From an uncultured Planctomycetaceae bacterium (GTDB lineage: Bacteria; Planctomycetota; Phycisphaerae; SM23-33), in contig CAYNZP010000011.1 in the NCBI GenBank assembly GCA_964401835.1, positions 18,812-82,811 on the forward strand: DNA of 64,000 nt. Reading direction: 5' to 3'. The position numbers and the translations under genes were made by a program. The notes beneath the pieces were generated by a model. It was not told where the DNA came from and searched no databases. It saw only the letters and a program-made list of their open reading frames with translations. How positions within the stretch are numbered: position 1 is the first letter of the stretch; each line of letters opens with the position of its first letter. Positions 56,522 through 64,000 of this stretch are shown here, piece by piece.

Positions 56522-57262
56522 TTAATGCTTAATTATGAAAGTGATAATTGTAATAACAATTGTCAAAACCATTCCAGCTATAGCCCAATTACGAGCTCTT
56601 TTTGCATGAGCGGTTTGTTGGTCGGCGGAAGCCCTGTATTGTTCATAGGCTTGCTCATCTTCCATGGCAAGCTCTTTTTCAACTTCCAAAAGCTCAGGTT
56701 CGTGGCTTTCTAGCTCTTCAAGGATATCTTCTAGAGATTCTATAGCATCTTTGTATTTCTTGAAGAATGCTGGATGCTCATCTACTTTTTCCGGTTCAAC
56801 ATCTTTACCAAGTTTAGCTTCATTACACAATTCTAGCGCTTTTTTGAGTGGTTCTCTGATTCTTGTAGAGTAGCTATTCATAACTGTACACAAAGTGGTT
56901 ATCCTGAAACTATCCAGAATATATCTATTGATTTTTCTTACCCTATCGAGGGCTATTATGTCCAGAGCATCGTATCCTGCTCGATAAACGTGCCCAGTAG
57001 CTTTTTCGAGGTTTTTGTAAGAATATAAATAAGGATTTGGCTCTGTCCCTTCTTTCGGATCCTGGCCCTGTCGCCAAACCGCCTCAGCACGTATGTTGTG
57101 GTCAAAGGCATTTCTGAGTTCATTTAAAGCGGGTACCGAGACACGGCTTCTTTTCGACAATTTTTCGCTGCTTATTACGTACCCTTTTACTTCCCAATAC
57201 AGCTCTACAAGTTTTTCTACAAGGTCTCGTAATTTAAGGTCTTGCTCAGGATTCAAAGACAA
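56522..57262 (-). CDS. AT-rich helical protein with Rx4H (HEPN-like) motif and C-terminal TM anchor
   Basis: NELRNAFDH; HVYRAGYDALD; C-terminal WAIAGMVLTIVITIITFII; AAGGGG RBS before TTG. Confidence 0.75.
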   Translation of the reverse strand: MSLNPEQDLKLRDLVEKLVELYWEVKGYVISSEKLSKRSRVSVPALNELRNAFDHNIRAEAVWRQGQDPKEGTEPNPYLYSYKNLEKATGHVYRAGYDALDIIALDRVRKINRYILDSFRITTLCTVMNSYSTRIREPLKKALELCNEAKLGKDVEPEKVDEHPAFFKKYKDAIESLEDILEELESHEPELLEVEKELAMEDEQAYEQYRASADQQTAHAKRARNWAIAGMVLTIVITIITFIIKH

Positions 57263-57324
57263 CGCCCCTTTTGGAAAAGAAACAATTCAAATAAATGACA
57301 GAAACTCAAGATGTGTTAAGAGAA

Positions 57325-57528
57325 TCAAGCGGTCTCAAGCCGAGCAAGAAGTCGGGTCGTTTCATGGTCCCAATCAGCTTCGACTTCGTCACGATAAATC
57401 GCTTCTTGATTGGCGAGGTTGACATTCCCCCGCACTTCTGCGCCTTCCGGCCAAGCGAAGTCACCAGCACATGAAGCATTCAATCCATCGCAATTGAAGA
57501 CTTTGTCCTTAATGATGTTTGTCACCAT
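57325..57528 (-). CDS. Small acidic protein co-oriented upstream of the Rx4H gene
   Basis: 67 aa; GAG/GGGG RBS; TATAAT about 23-28 nt upstream of ATG; 62-bp gap to the next gene. Confidence 0.6.
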   Translation of the reverse strand: MVTNIIKDKVFNCDGLNASCAGDFAWPEGAEVRGNVNLANQEAIYRDEVEADWDHETTRLLARLETA

Positions 57529-57593
57529 ATTTTCCCCACTCTCATAAGTAATTATACGCCGAAACTATTCGGCATTATGTCCAAAAACATAAA

Positions 57594-57623
57594 GGCAGCC
57601 TCTCTATCCTAGAGAGAGCTGCC
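57594..57623 (-). terminator. Hairpin (probable terminator) upstream of the two-gene unit
   Basis: ggcagc-ctctct-atcct-agagag-a-gctgcc; T-rich tail on the minus strand. Confidence 0.45.
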
Positions 57624-58280
57624 GAATCCTTCCTGATCCATTTTGATGGTTTAGCTTCCATGCCTTGGGTTTATCGACAAAACTAGGGGTGTTGCTTTGC
57701 AAAAACACCAAAACCTCCATTCATGATCGCCGTATTTGAATCACAGTCAAGGATAAATCAGCAAGAATTACGCACATTCTCATGCTTTCAACTCCTGCTG
57801 TTAATGCCTAAATATGCAGTAAGTCCTTACAAAAACAACCCCTATGACTTAAGGCCAGTTCTTTTGGATAACCTCATTTCATGTTTTTTGCGGATTATTA
57901 TCCGTTCATGCATCATCTTGAGCAATTTTCTTGCGTCTCATCATGATGGTAGCAGTTGCTCAGATTCATGATCAATCCTCAAGATGAACTCATCCTCACA
58001 GATTGAGCAATTCCTGCAAACCACCTCATCCTTACCATCACAACCATAATTATTCATACAAACCGGTTATCAAAAATATATCCAAGAACTTTAAGAGCTT
58101 ACGATATGGGGATTAAAAATGTTTTAAGTTGCCTGTTCAGCAGCACGTTTGGTTTGCCTTGCTGCGTAAGCATCTTAGGGCAATAAGACTGCTAACTCTT
58201 GTTATGGCCATTAACTGTTAACTCGCAGTTACTAACCTTAAGCTCTTCCAAAATAATACGTTATGCCAAGTGCTGCTATG

Positions 58281-59519
58281 TCAAAGGTTATCCAGCATGT
58301 GGCCCATCTTGTCTTTCTTGGCCTGCAGGTAATCGCGGTTATGGTCGTGTGCCTCGACTTCCACCGGCAAGCGCTCGACGATCTTCAGGCCGAAGCCTTC
58401 CAGTCCGTGAATCTTGCGAGGGTTGTTGGTCATGATCTTCAGCTTACGCAGGCCAAGGTCGCGAAGTATCTGGTTGCCCACACCGTAATCCCGCCTGTCA
58501 TCTTCGAAGCCGAGATGCAGATTCGCTTCGACAGTGTCCATGCCCTCTTCGATCTGGAGCTTGTAGGCTTTGAGCTTATTTACCAGACCAATTCCGCGCC
58601 CTTCCTGCCGGACGTAAACAACCGCGCCCTTGCCTTCTTTGGCTACCTGACGGAGGGCGGTTTTCAACTGTGACCCGCAGTCGCAGCGCATCGAGCCGAA
58701 CACGTCGCCGGTTAGACACTCACTGTGGACTCGTACTACCACGGGCTCTTCGTGGATAATCGGCTTCCCCTTCTTATCAAGCTGACCGACGCCGCCCATA
58801 CAAAGGGCGATGTGCGGATCGGGATCGACAACGGAAGTATAGGCGACCAGGTGGAACAGTCCCTCTTCGAGTTGCAGGTCTATTTCCACAGCCCGCTCGA
58901 TAAGCCTCTCACTACGCAGTCGATGGCGGATGATATCAGCCACGCTGCACATCTTGATATCGTGCTGCTTGCAGAACTTTTCCAGATCGTCGCGGCGTGC
59001 CATCGAACCGTCTTCGTTCATTATCTCGCAGATGACAGCCATCGGCTTCATTCCGGCAAGGCGTGCCAGGTCTACCCCGCCCTCGGTCTGGCCGGCACGG
59101 ACCAGAACACCACCATCGCGCGCACGCAACGGGAAGATATGCCCCGGCCGGGCAAGGTCAGTTGGCTTGGCGTCTGTTTTGCAGGCAACCTGAATGGTTC
59201 TTGCCCTGTCGGCCGCCGAAATACCGGTCGTTATTCCGGTAGCTGCGTCGACACTCACGGTAAATGCAGTGCTCAGCTTTGCGGTATTCTCAGTCGTCTG
59301 CGGATGCAGCGCGAGCTGGTCGGCAATGGCGTTCGTCATCGGCAGACAAATCAGGCCGCGAGCGTGCTTGGCCATGAAGTTGACAATCTCCGGCGTGGTC
59401 GCCTCAGCTGCGCAGACAAGGTCGCCCTCGTTCTCGCGCGACTCGTCGTCGACTAGGACTATCATTTTGCCAGCCTTGAAGTCAGCCAGGATTTCTTCAA
59501 TTGTTAAATAGTTACTCAT
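58281..59519 (-). CDS. ribBA: Bifunctional DHBP synthase / GTP cyclohydrolase II
   Basis: VDDESRENEGDL, RPGHIFPL, GQTEGGVDLA, VRVHSECLTGD, RCDCG, QEGRGIGL, MTNNPRK. Confidence 0.96.
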   Translation of the reverse strand: MSNYLTIEEILADFKAGKMIVLVDDESRENEGDLVCAAEATTPEIVNFMAKHARGLICLPMTNAIADQLALHPQTTENTAKLSTAFTVSVDAATGITTGISAADRARTIQVACKTDAKPTDLARPGHIFPLRARDGGVLVRAGQTEGGVDLARLAGMKPMAVICEIMNEDGSMARRDDLEKFCKQHDIKMCSVADIIRHRLRSERLIERAVEIDLQLEEGLFHLVAYTSVVDPDPHIALCMGGVGQLDKKGKPIIHEEPVVVRVHSECLTGDVFGSMRCDCGSQLKTALRQVAKEGKGAVVYVRQEGRGIGLVNKLKAYKLQIEEGMDTVEANLHLGFEDDRRDYGVGNQILRDLGLRKLKIMTNNPRKIHGLEGFGLKIVERLPVEVEAHDHNRDYLQAKKDKMGHMLDNL

Positions 59520-60171
59520 TTTCCAAAACTTCCCTGCCGCCATTTTCATCGAGCGGCTTTTGTCCCTCGGCTACAAATTTCAGCCCGAGGCGTGTATAGC
59601 TTATAACTGACAGCACACTTGTAAGCACCACGGCCCAGCCAAACACCCTTGCTATCCAGCTGCCAAGACCGTCCATGGCCAAGTTAAGGTCGGGCGCTAT
59701 CAGCACAAAGCCGACCATCAGTAATTGCAATAACGTACAGGTCTTGCCTACTCTTGTCGGCTGGACCTTAAATCGGTCCGTAACCAAGTATATCACGACA
59801 AAACCTAAAACCATCCATAAGTCTTTGCCGACAACCGCAACGACGACCCAGTTGTCTATTTTCGCAGACGGTACAGCTGAGGCCGGCAATGACAGCAAAA
59901 CGACGGCACATACCACCAGCACCTTATCGGCCAACGGGTCAAGTATCGCACCCAATCGAGTCTTGGAGTTCATCCTCCGGGCCAACATACCGTCGGCAAG
60001 ATCGCTCAGGGCCATTATTATAAAGATTCCCAGCGACATATGGCGGGCAAAAAGCCAATTATCCTGATTTAACAGCAGCACCATAAAAGGCGCCACAAGC
60101 ACAAGTCTCAGTATACTTATGCGGTTAGGCCAACTCAGCGAAGCCCAAGGTTTTACCTCGGTCGAATTCAT
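59512..60171 (-). CDS. CDP-alcohol phosphatidyltransferase (PgsA/PssA family)
   Basis: PNRISILR, SDLADGMLARR...TRLGAILDPLADK. Confidence 0.9.
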   Translation of the reverse strand: MNSTEVKPWASLSWPNRISILRLVLVAPFMVLLLNQDNWLFARHMSLGIFIIMALSDLADGMLARRMNSKTRLGAILDPLADKVLVVCAVVLLSLPASAVPSAKIDNWVVVAVVGKDLWMVLGFVVIYLVTDRFKVQPTRVGKTCTLLQLLMVGFVLIAPDLNLAMDGLGSWIARVFGWAVVLTSVLSVISYTRLGLKFVAEGQKPLDENGGREVLENE

Positions 60172-60304
60172 TTAAGCTCTCCCCGTCTCACCAAGTCAAT
60201 TTTGTATATCATCATTAAATTTCGAAGAACTATAATTTCCTGATGATACAATACTAAGCAAGACTGGCCAATTTTTTTAACAGGTATTTTAGTGGAGCTA
60301 AACC

Positions 60305-61177
60305 ATGAACATACGTCAACCTGTACGTGCAGGCAGCTTTTACGAGGCAGCTCCGGACTCATGTAGGCTCCATGCCGACAAGCTTCTGGACTCGGCAGGG
60401 CTGGGCGAGGACTTGCCAGCCAAGTGCTACGGGGGACTGGTTCCCCACGCCGGCTGGACGTATTCCGGCCGAATCGCAGCCAAAACCTTCAAGGCACTGA
60501 CACGGGTAGCCAAGGTGGAAACCATCATTCTGCTGGGGGCAGACCATCACGGAACCGTCAGAGTTGGCGAGGTTTATGATTCCGGCGTATGGCGGACACC
60601 ACTTGGTGAAATTGAGATTAATAATGAACTTGGCCAGGCGATTATCGATTCGAGCGATCTCCTGCGTTCAAACCCAGCCGCACACCAATACGAACACTCG
60701 ATAGAGGTCCAGGTTCCGCTAATTCAGGCAATGGACGAGTCGCTGCGTATCCTCCCGATAGCCGTACCCCCTGCTGACGAGGCTGTCCAAATCGGCGCAG
60801 CTATCGGCAAAGTTGTTGCGGAAAAATTCCCCACAGTAGCAGTCGTCGGCAGCAGCGACCTGACACATCACGGCGGACATTTTCCATCTCCCGGCGGACA
60901 TGGAAGCGAAGGCGCACAATGGTCTGCTAAGAACGACCGCCGCATGCTGGACCTTATCGAGAACCTCTCTGCGGAAAAAATCGTGCCGGAATCGCAGCAG
61001 CAGGGAAATGCCTGCGGAGCCGGCGCAATAGCTGCAGCTATCGCCGCCTGCCGTGAAATGGGCGCAACGCAGGGCATGGTCCTCGAATACACAAACAGCT
61101 ACGAAATCATGCACGAGAGGTATCCGGACGACCCCGACGACACGACCGTCGGCTACGCCTCGGTAATCTTTGCCTAG
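60305..61177 (+). CDS. MEMO1-family protein (AmmeMemoRadiSam protein B)
   Basis: [47 protein letters not shown]. Confidence 0.9.
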   Translation: MNIRQPVRAGSFYEAAPDSCRLHADKLLDSAGLGEDLPAKCYGGLVPHAGWTYSGRIAAKTFKALTRVAKVETIILLGADHHGTVRVGEVYDSGVWRTPLGEIEINNELGQAIIDSSDLLRSNPAAHQYEHSIEVQVPLIQAMDESLRILPIAVPPADEAVQIGAAIGKVVAEKFPTVAVVGSSDLTHHGGHFPSPGGHGSEGAQWSAKNDRRMLDLIENLSAEKIVPESQQQGNACGAGAIAAAIAACREMGATQGMVLEYTNSYEIMHERYPDDPDDTTVGYASVIFA

Positions 61178-61259
61178 ACCCCTTGCCGAAAGGTGCGTTT
61201 TACCCTTATACTCTTGGGCTGCAAAAATGAGGGCCCAAATAGGCCTAGGGAGCAAAACA

Positions 61260-61742
61260 ATGAAAGAATATCATGGAGAGCTGGTCGCACCCGCCAAGGC
61301 GAAGTTTGCAATCGTGGTCAGCAGGTTCAATGAATTAATAACGAGCAAGCTTTTGGGCGGTGCTATCGACGCCTTGACACGCCACGGCGTTACCGAAGCC
61401 AGCGTCGAGGTAATCTGGTCGCCGGGCAGTTTTGAAATTCCTCTGCTGGCCCAGAAGCTCGCAGCCAGCAAGAAATATTCAGCAGTAATCTGTCTCGGCG
61501 CAATTATTCGCGGCGGAACGACCCATCATGAATATATAGGTTCGGAAGTCGCCAAGGGCGTCGCCCAGGCTGGCATGGATACAGGCGTTCCGTGCATCTT
61601 CGGTGTTTTGACCTGCGATACGATAGAGCAGGCTGTCGAACGCGCTGGCACTAAGGCTGGCAACAAGGGCGCAGACGCGGCTGTTTCCGCCATTGAGATG
61701 GCCAACCTTATCAGTCAGCTTCCCGCAAAGAGCGGGAAGTAA
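61260..61742 (+). CDS. ribH: 6,7-dimethyl-8-ribityllumazine synthase
   Basis: [50 protein letters not shown]. Confidence 0.96.
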   Translation: MKEYHGELVAPAKAKFAIVVSRFNELITSKLLGGAIDALTRHGVTEASVEVIWSPGSFEIPLLAQKLAASKKYSAVICLGAIIRGGTTHHEYIGSEVAKGVAQAGMDTGVPCIFGVLTCDTIEQAVERAGTKAGNKGADAAVSAIEMANLISQLPAKSGK

Positions 61743-61794
61743 GCCGTTTACTGAAAGTTTTGAAAGTTTTTAAAAGTAAAGTAGAGAGAAGACC

Positions 61795-62211
61795 TTGAGT
61801 CAGCGCCATCGGGCAAGACGGCTGGTTTTACAGGGGCTGTGCTGCCTCGATGCGCAGGGGACGGATGCCTGGAATCTTGTAGAACTTTTCATTGAAGACA
61901 GCCGCGAGTCAGCCAATATTATCTCAACCGCCAAACAGCTCCTCAACGAAGCTGTGAATGATAAAAGCGAATGCGACAGCCTTCTTCTTCGCCATGCCAG
62001 AAACTGGGAGCTGGGGAGACTGGCAATGGTAGACAGGAATATCCTGCGGCTGGCCGTTCACGAATTACGAAATAGCGACCTGTCAAAAAAAATCGTAATC
62101 TCAGAAGCGATCCAATTGGCCAAGGAATTCTCAACCGCCGAAAGTCCTAAATTCGTCAACGGCGTGCTGAGTTCCGTCGCTAAGGAAATTGATAAAGACT
62201 CAGGGGATTAA
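61795..62211 (+). CDS. nusB: Transcription antitermination factor NusB
   Basis: RHRARRLVLQ, WELGRLAMVDRNILRLA, EAIQLAKEFS, FVNGVL. Confidence 0.92.
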   Translation: MSQRHRARRLVLQGLCCLDAQGTDAWNLVELFIEDSRESANIISTAKQLLNEAVNDKSECDSLLLRHARNWELGRLAMVDRNILRLAVHELRNSDLSKKIVISEAIQLAKEFSTAESPKFVNGVLSSVAKEIDKDSGD

Positions 62212-62219
62212 GTAAAAAG

Positions 62220-63137
62220 ATGGCGTTATTTAAAAAAGCAATCGAAAAGCTATCAACCGGTCTAAGCCGGACTCGGGAAAAATTTCTAAGCTCCCTCCGG
62301 TCGCTCCTGGCTGGGCGGCAGCTGAATGAAGATATACTAGACGATCTTGAAGGCAAGCTCATCGAGGCGGATATCGGTATATCGGAAGTCATGAAGATAT
62401 GCGAAGACCTCCAGGCGGCTTATAAAGAAAAGCGAATCGAAACCGGCGACCAGGTCATAGATTTTCTCAAGCAGGAACTCAAGAAATACTGGCCTGAGTC
62501 CGACAGGACAGTTCACTTTGCCGAATCCGGCCCGACGGTAATACTGGTTGCCGGAATCAATGGCTGCGGTAAGACAACCTCCGTCGCCAAACTCGCCAAC
62601 ATATTCAAGCAGGAAGGCAAGAACGTCTGTCTGGCAGCAGCTGACACCTTCCGCGCCGCAGCCCAGCAGCAGCTTGGCATCTGGGCTGAGAGAATCGGCG
62701 TTGATATCATCTCCGGCAGCGGCACGGACCCGGCAGCGGTGACCTTCGACGCATGCGACGCAGCCCTGGCCCGCAAGGCGGATATATTGCTGGTAGATAC
62801 TGCCGGCAGACTTCACACACAGGACAACCTCATGCGTGAGCTGACCAAGATACGCAATGTGGTTGCCAAGAAAATCCCCGGCGCTCCACATGAGGTGCTT
62901 CTGGTGCTCGACGCGACAACCGGCCAAAATGCCATCAATCAGGCAAAGGCCTTCACCGATGCGATAGATGTCTCGGGCATATTCCTTGCCAAACTCGACG
63001 GCACGGCAAAAGGCGGCATCGTCGTAGCTATCAGAAACGAAGTCGATCTGCCGGTAAAATTCGTCGGCCTCGGTGAAACATACGAAGACGTGGAACACTT
63101 CGACCCTGACCAGTTCGTCGAAGCACTTTTTACATAA
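62220..63137 (+). CDS. ftsY: Signal recognition particle receptor FtsY
   Basis: GINGCGKTT, DTFRAAA, DTAGRLH, DATTGQNA, KLDGTAKGG. Confidence 0.95.
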   Translation: MALFKKAIEKLSTGLSRTREKFLSSLRSLLAGRQLNEDILDDLEGKLIEADIGISEVMKICEDLQAAYKEKRIETGDQVIDFLKQELKKYWPESDRTVHFAESGPTVILVAGINGCGKTTSVAKLANIFKQEGKNVCLAAADTFRAAAQQQLGIWAERIGVDIISGSGTDPAAVTFDACDAALARKADILLVDTAGRLHTQDNLMRELTKIRNVVAKKIPGAPHEVLLVLDATTGQNAINQAKAFTDAIDVSGIFLAKLDGTAKGGIVVAIRNEVDLPVKFVGLGETYEDVEHFDPDQFVEALFT

Positions 63138-63356
63138 TTCACCCAGTACTTCCACCTCGGCCAGATGTAGCACAAAACAGCTCAAAAACATGGAAGAAAT
63201 CGCAAGACAACCCGCTGAAGAATTTTGATTTAGCACCATAATTAAGCCCAAAAAGCTTTGACAGCGGTTTGCTGGTGATATAACTTTTTTGAAGACACAT
63301 CGAAAGTCCCAGGGACGGGACGCGACAAATCTTTGAAATACGGGAAGGAGAAAGCC

Positions 63357-63821
63357 ATGGAATCTAATGGCAATGCAGAGGCCGCTGGTGCCGCAATTGG
63401 AATTCTTTGTGTTTTTTGGGCCATCGGGCTCGCGATAGCTGTGCTGATGATCATCGCCACATGGAAGGTCTTCGCCAAAGCCAGCAGACCAGGTTGGGCG
63501 GCCATAATCCCCATTTACAACATCATCGTTTTGCTGGACGTCGCAGGCAAACCGATATGGTGGATTATCCTGTTCCTGTTGGCCCCCATTCCAATTGCCG
63601 GTCCGATTATCGTTTTCGTCGTAAGCCTGCTGGTGAATCTGGCACTTGCCCAGAACTTCGGAAAAAGCGCAGGCTTTGGTGTCGGCCTTTGGCTGCTGCC
63701 GATAATCTTCATGCCGATACTCGGCTTTGGAGATGCACAATATTCCGGGGCGCCAAAACCAACAGCCGCTGGAGTGCCTTCAACCCCGGAGCCACCGGCT
63801 GAGCCGCCAGCTCAGGCGTAA
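63357..63821 (+). CDS. DUF5684-like membrane protein with Pro/Ala-rich tail
   Basis: WKVFAKASRPGWAAIIPIYN, LAQNFGKSAGFGVGL, LGFGDAQYSG; AAGGAG RBS. Confidence 0.85.
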   Translation: MESNGNAEAAGAAIGILCVFWAIGLAIAVLMIIATWKVFAKASRPGWAAIIPIYNIIVLLDVAGKPIWWIILFLLAPIPIAGPIIVFVVSLLVNLALAQNFGKSAGFGVGLWLLPIIFMPILGFGDAQYSGAPKPTAAGVPSTPEPPAEPPAQA

Positions 63822-63922
63822 AAAAATTGAATTTACAAAGCAGTTGCTGAGTCTATGCTAATAGGGTTGGCGCGTAAGCGCCCGCCCTATTTCATAAATC
63901 AAGATAGCGGGAGACGCGGAAG

Positions 63923-64000
63923 ATGAAATCCTGGCATGCATACGTTGGCGACAAACAATATGGCCCGGTCGGGGAAGACGTATTAAAAAGGTGGATATCA
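63923..64000 (+). CDS. GYF_2/DUF4339-like domain protein (truncated by window edge)
   Basis: Manual translation MKSWHAYVGDKQYGPVGEDVLKRWIS matches the W...G.Q.GP.....L..WI pattern; GGAGA RBS. Confidence 0.65.
   Translation, partial: MKSWHAYVGDKQYGPVGEDVLKRWIS

Noticed and set aside
56480-56530. Integron cassette attC after the Rx4H gene (stop followed by TAAC)
   Set aside because: Imperfect RYYYAAC, no matching GTTRRRY palindrome found, and no integrase.
57723-57971. 82-aa plus-strand ORF in the AT-rich island
   Set aside because: No RBS or motif; looks like chance open frame.
62337-63740. Long antisense ORFs (e.g. 62337-63740, 242-811, 4149-4907, 10820-11647, 58725-59456)
   Set aside because: They lie antisense to well-supported genes (ftsY, larB, pilT, tgt, ribBA) and are typical shadow frames.

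Overview
Mostly housekeeping chromosome of a bacterium, probably Planctomycetota (Phycisphaerae-like). This is inferred from a TPR plus tandem RpoA-CTD gene, a PEP-CTERM protease, a pilM-led cluster of very long accessory ORFs ending in a TPR-secretin, dnaN-DUF721 without dnaA/recF/gyrB, and Zn-ribbon and GYF-type proteins. Core genes include tsaD, tsaE, kdsA, tgt, yajC, leuB, mnmE, hpt, argH/B/F, thiL, rph, rdgB, mtaB, asd, truA, dnaN, ribBA, ribH, nusB and ftsY. No rRNA, canonical tRNA, CRISPR array, integrase or transposase was recognised. Three AT-rich accessory spots interrupt the backbone. (1) 13414-16003 has 1.5 kb of non-coding DNA with several short tandem-repeat families, two diverged ~80-bp direct repeats, an 83-nt three-way-junction RNA candidate with a tRNA-like GCCA end and its own terminator, and a stand-alone TIR gene bracketed by GTAG...CTAC REP doublets. 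(2) 30819-31741 has an orphan SAM methyltransferase followed by a REP-like hairpin. (3) 56300-58280 has a two-gene unit: a small acidic protein and an Rx4H (HEPN-like) membrane-anchored protein. Also notable are two tandem TM plus Cys4 zinc-finger paralogues coupled to pilT, and a likely MTA-deaminase/MTI-phosphorylase pair. Family names come from motif recognition only; no database searches were run. Several start codons were shifted from the ORF track using RBS and stop/start overlaps.
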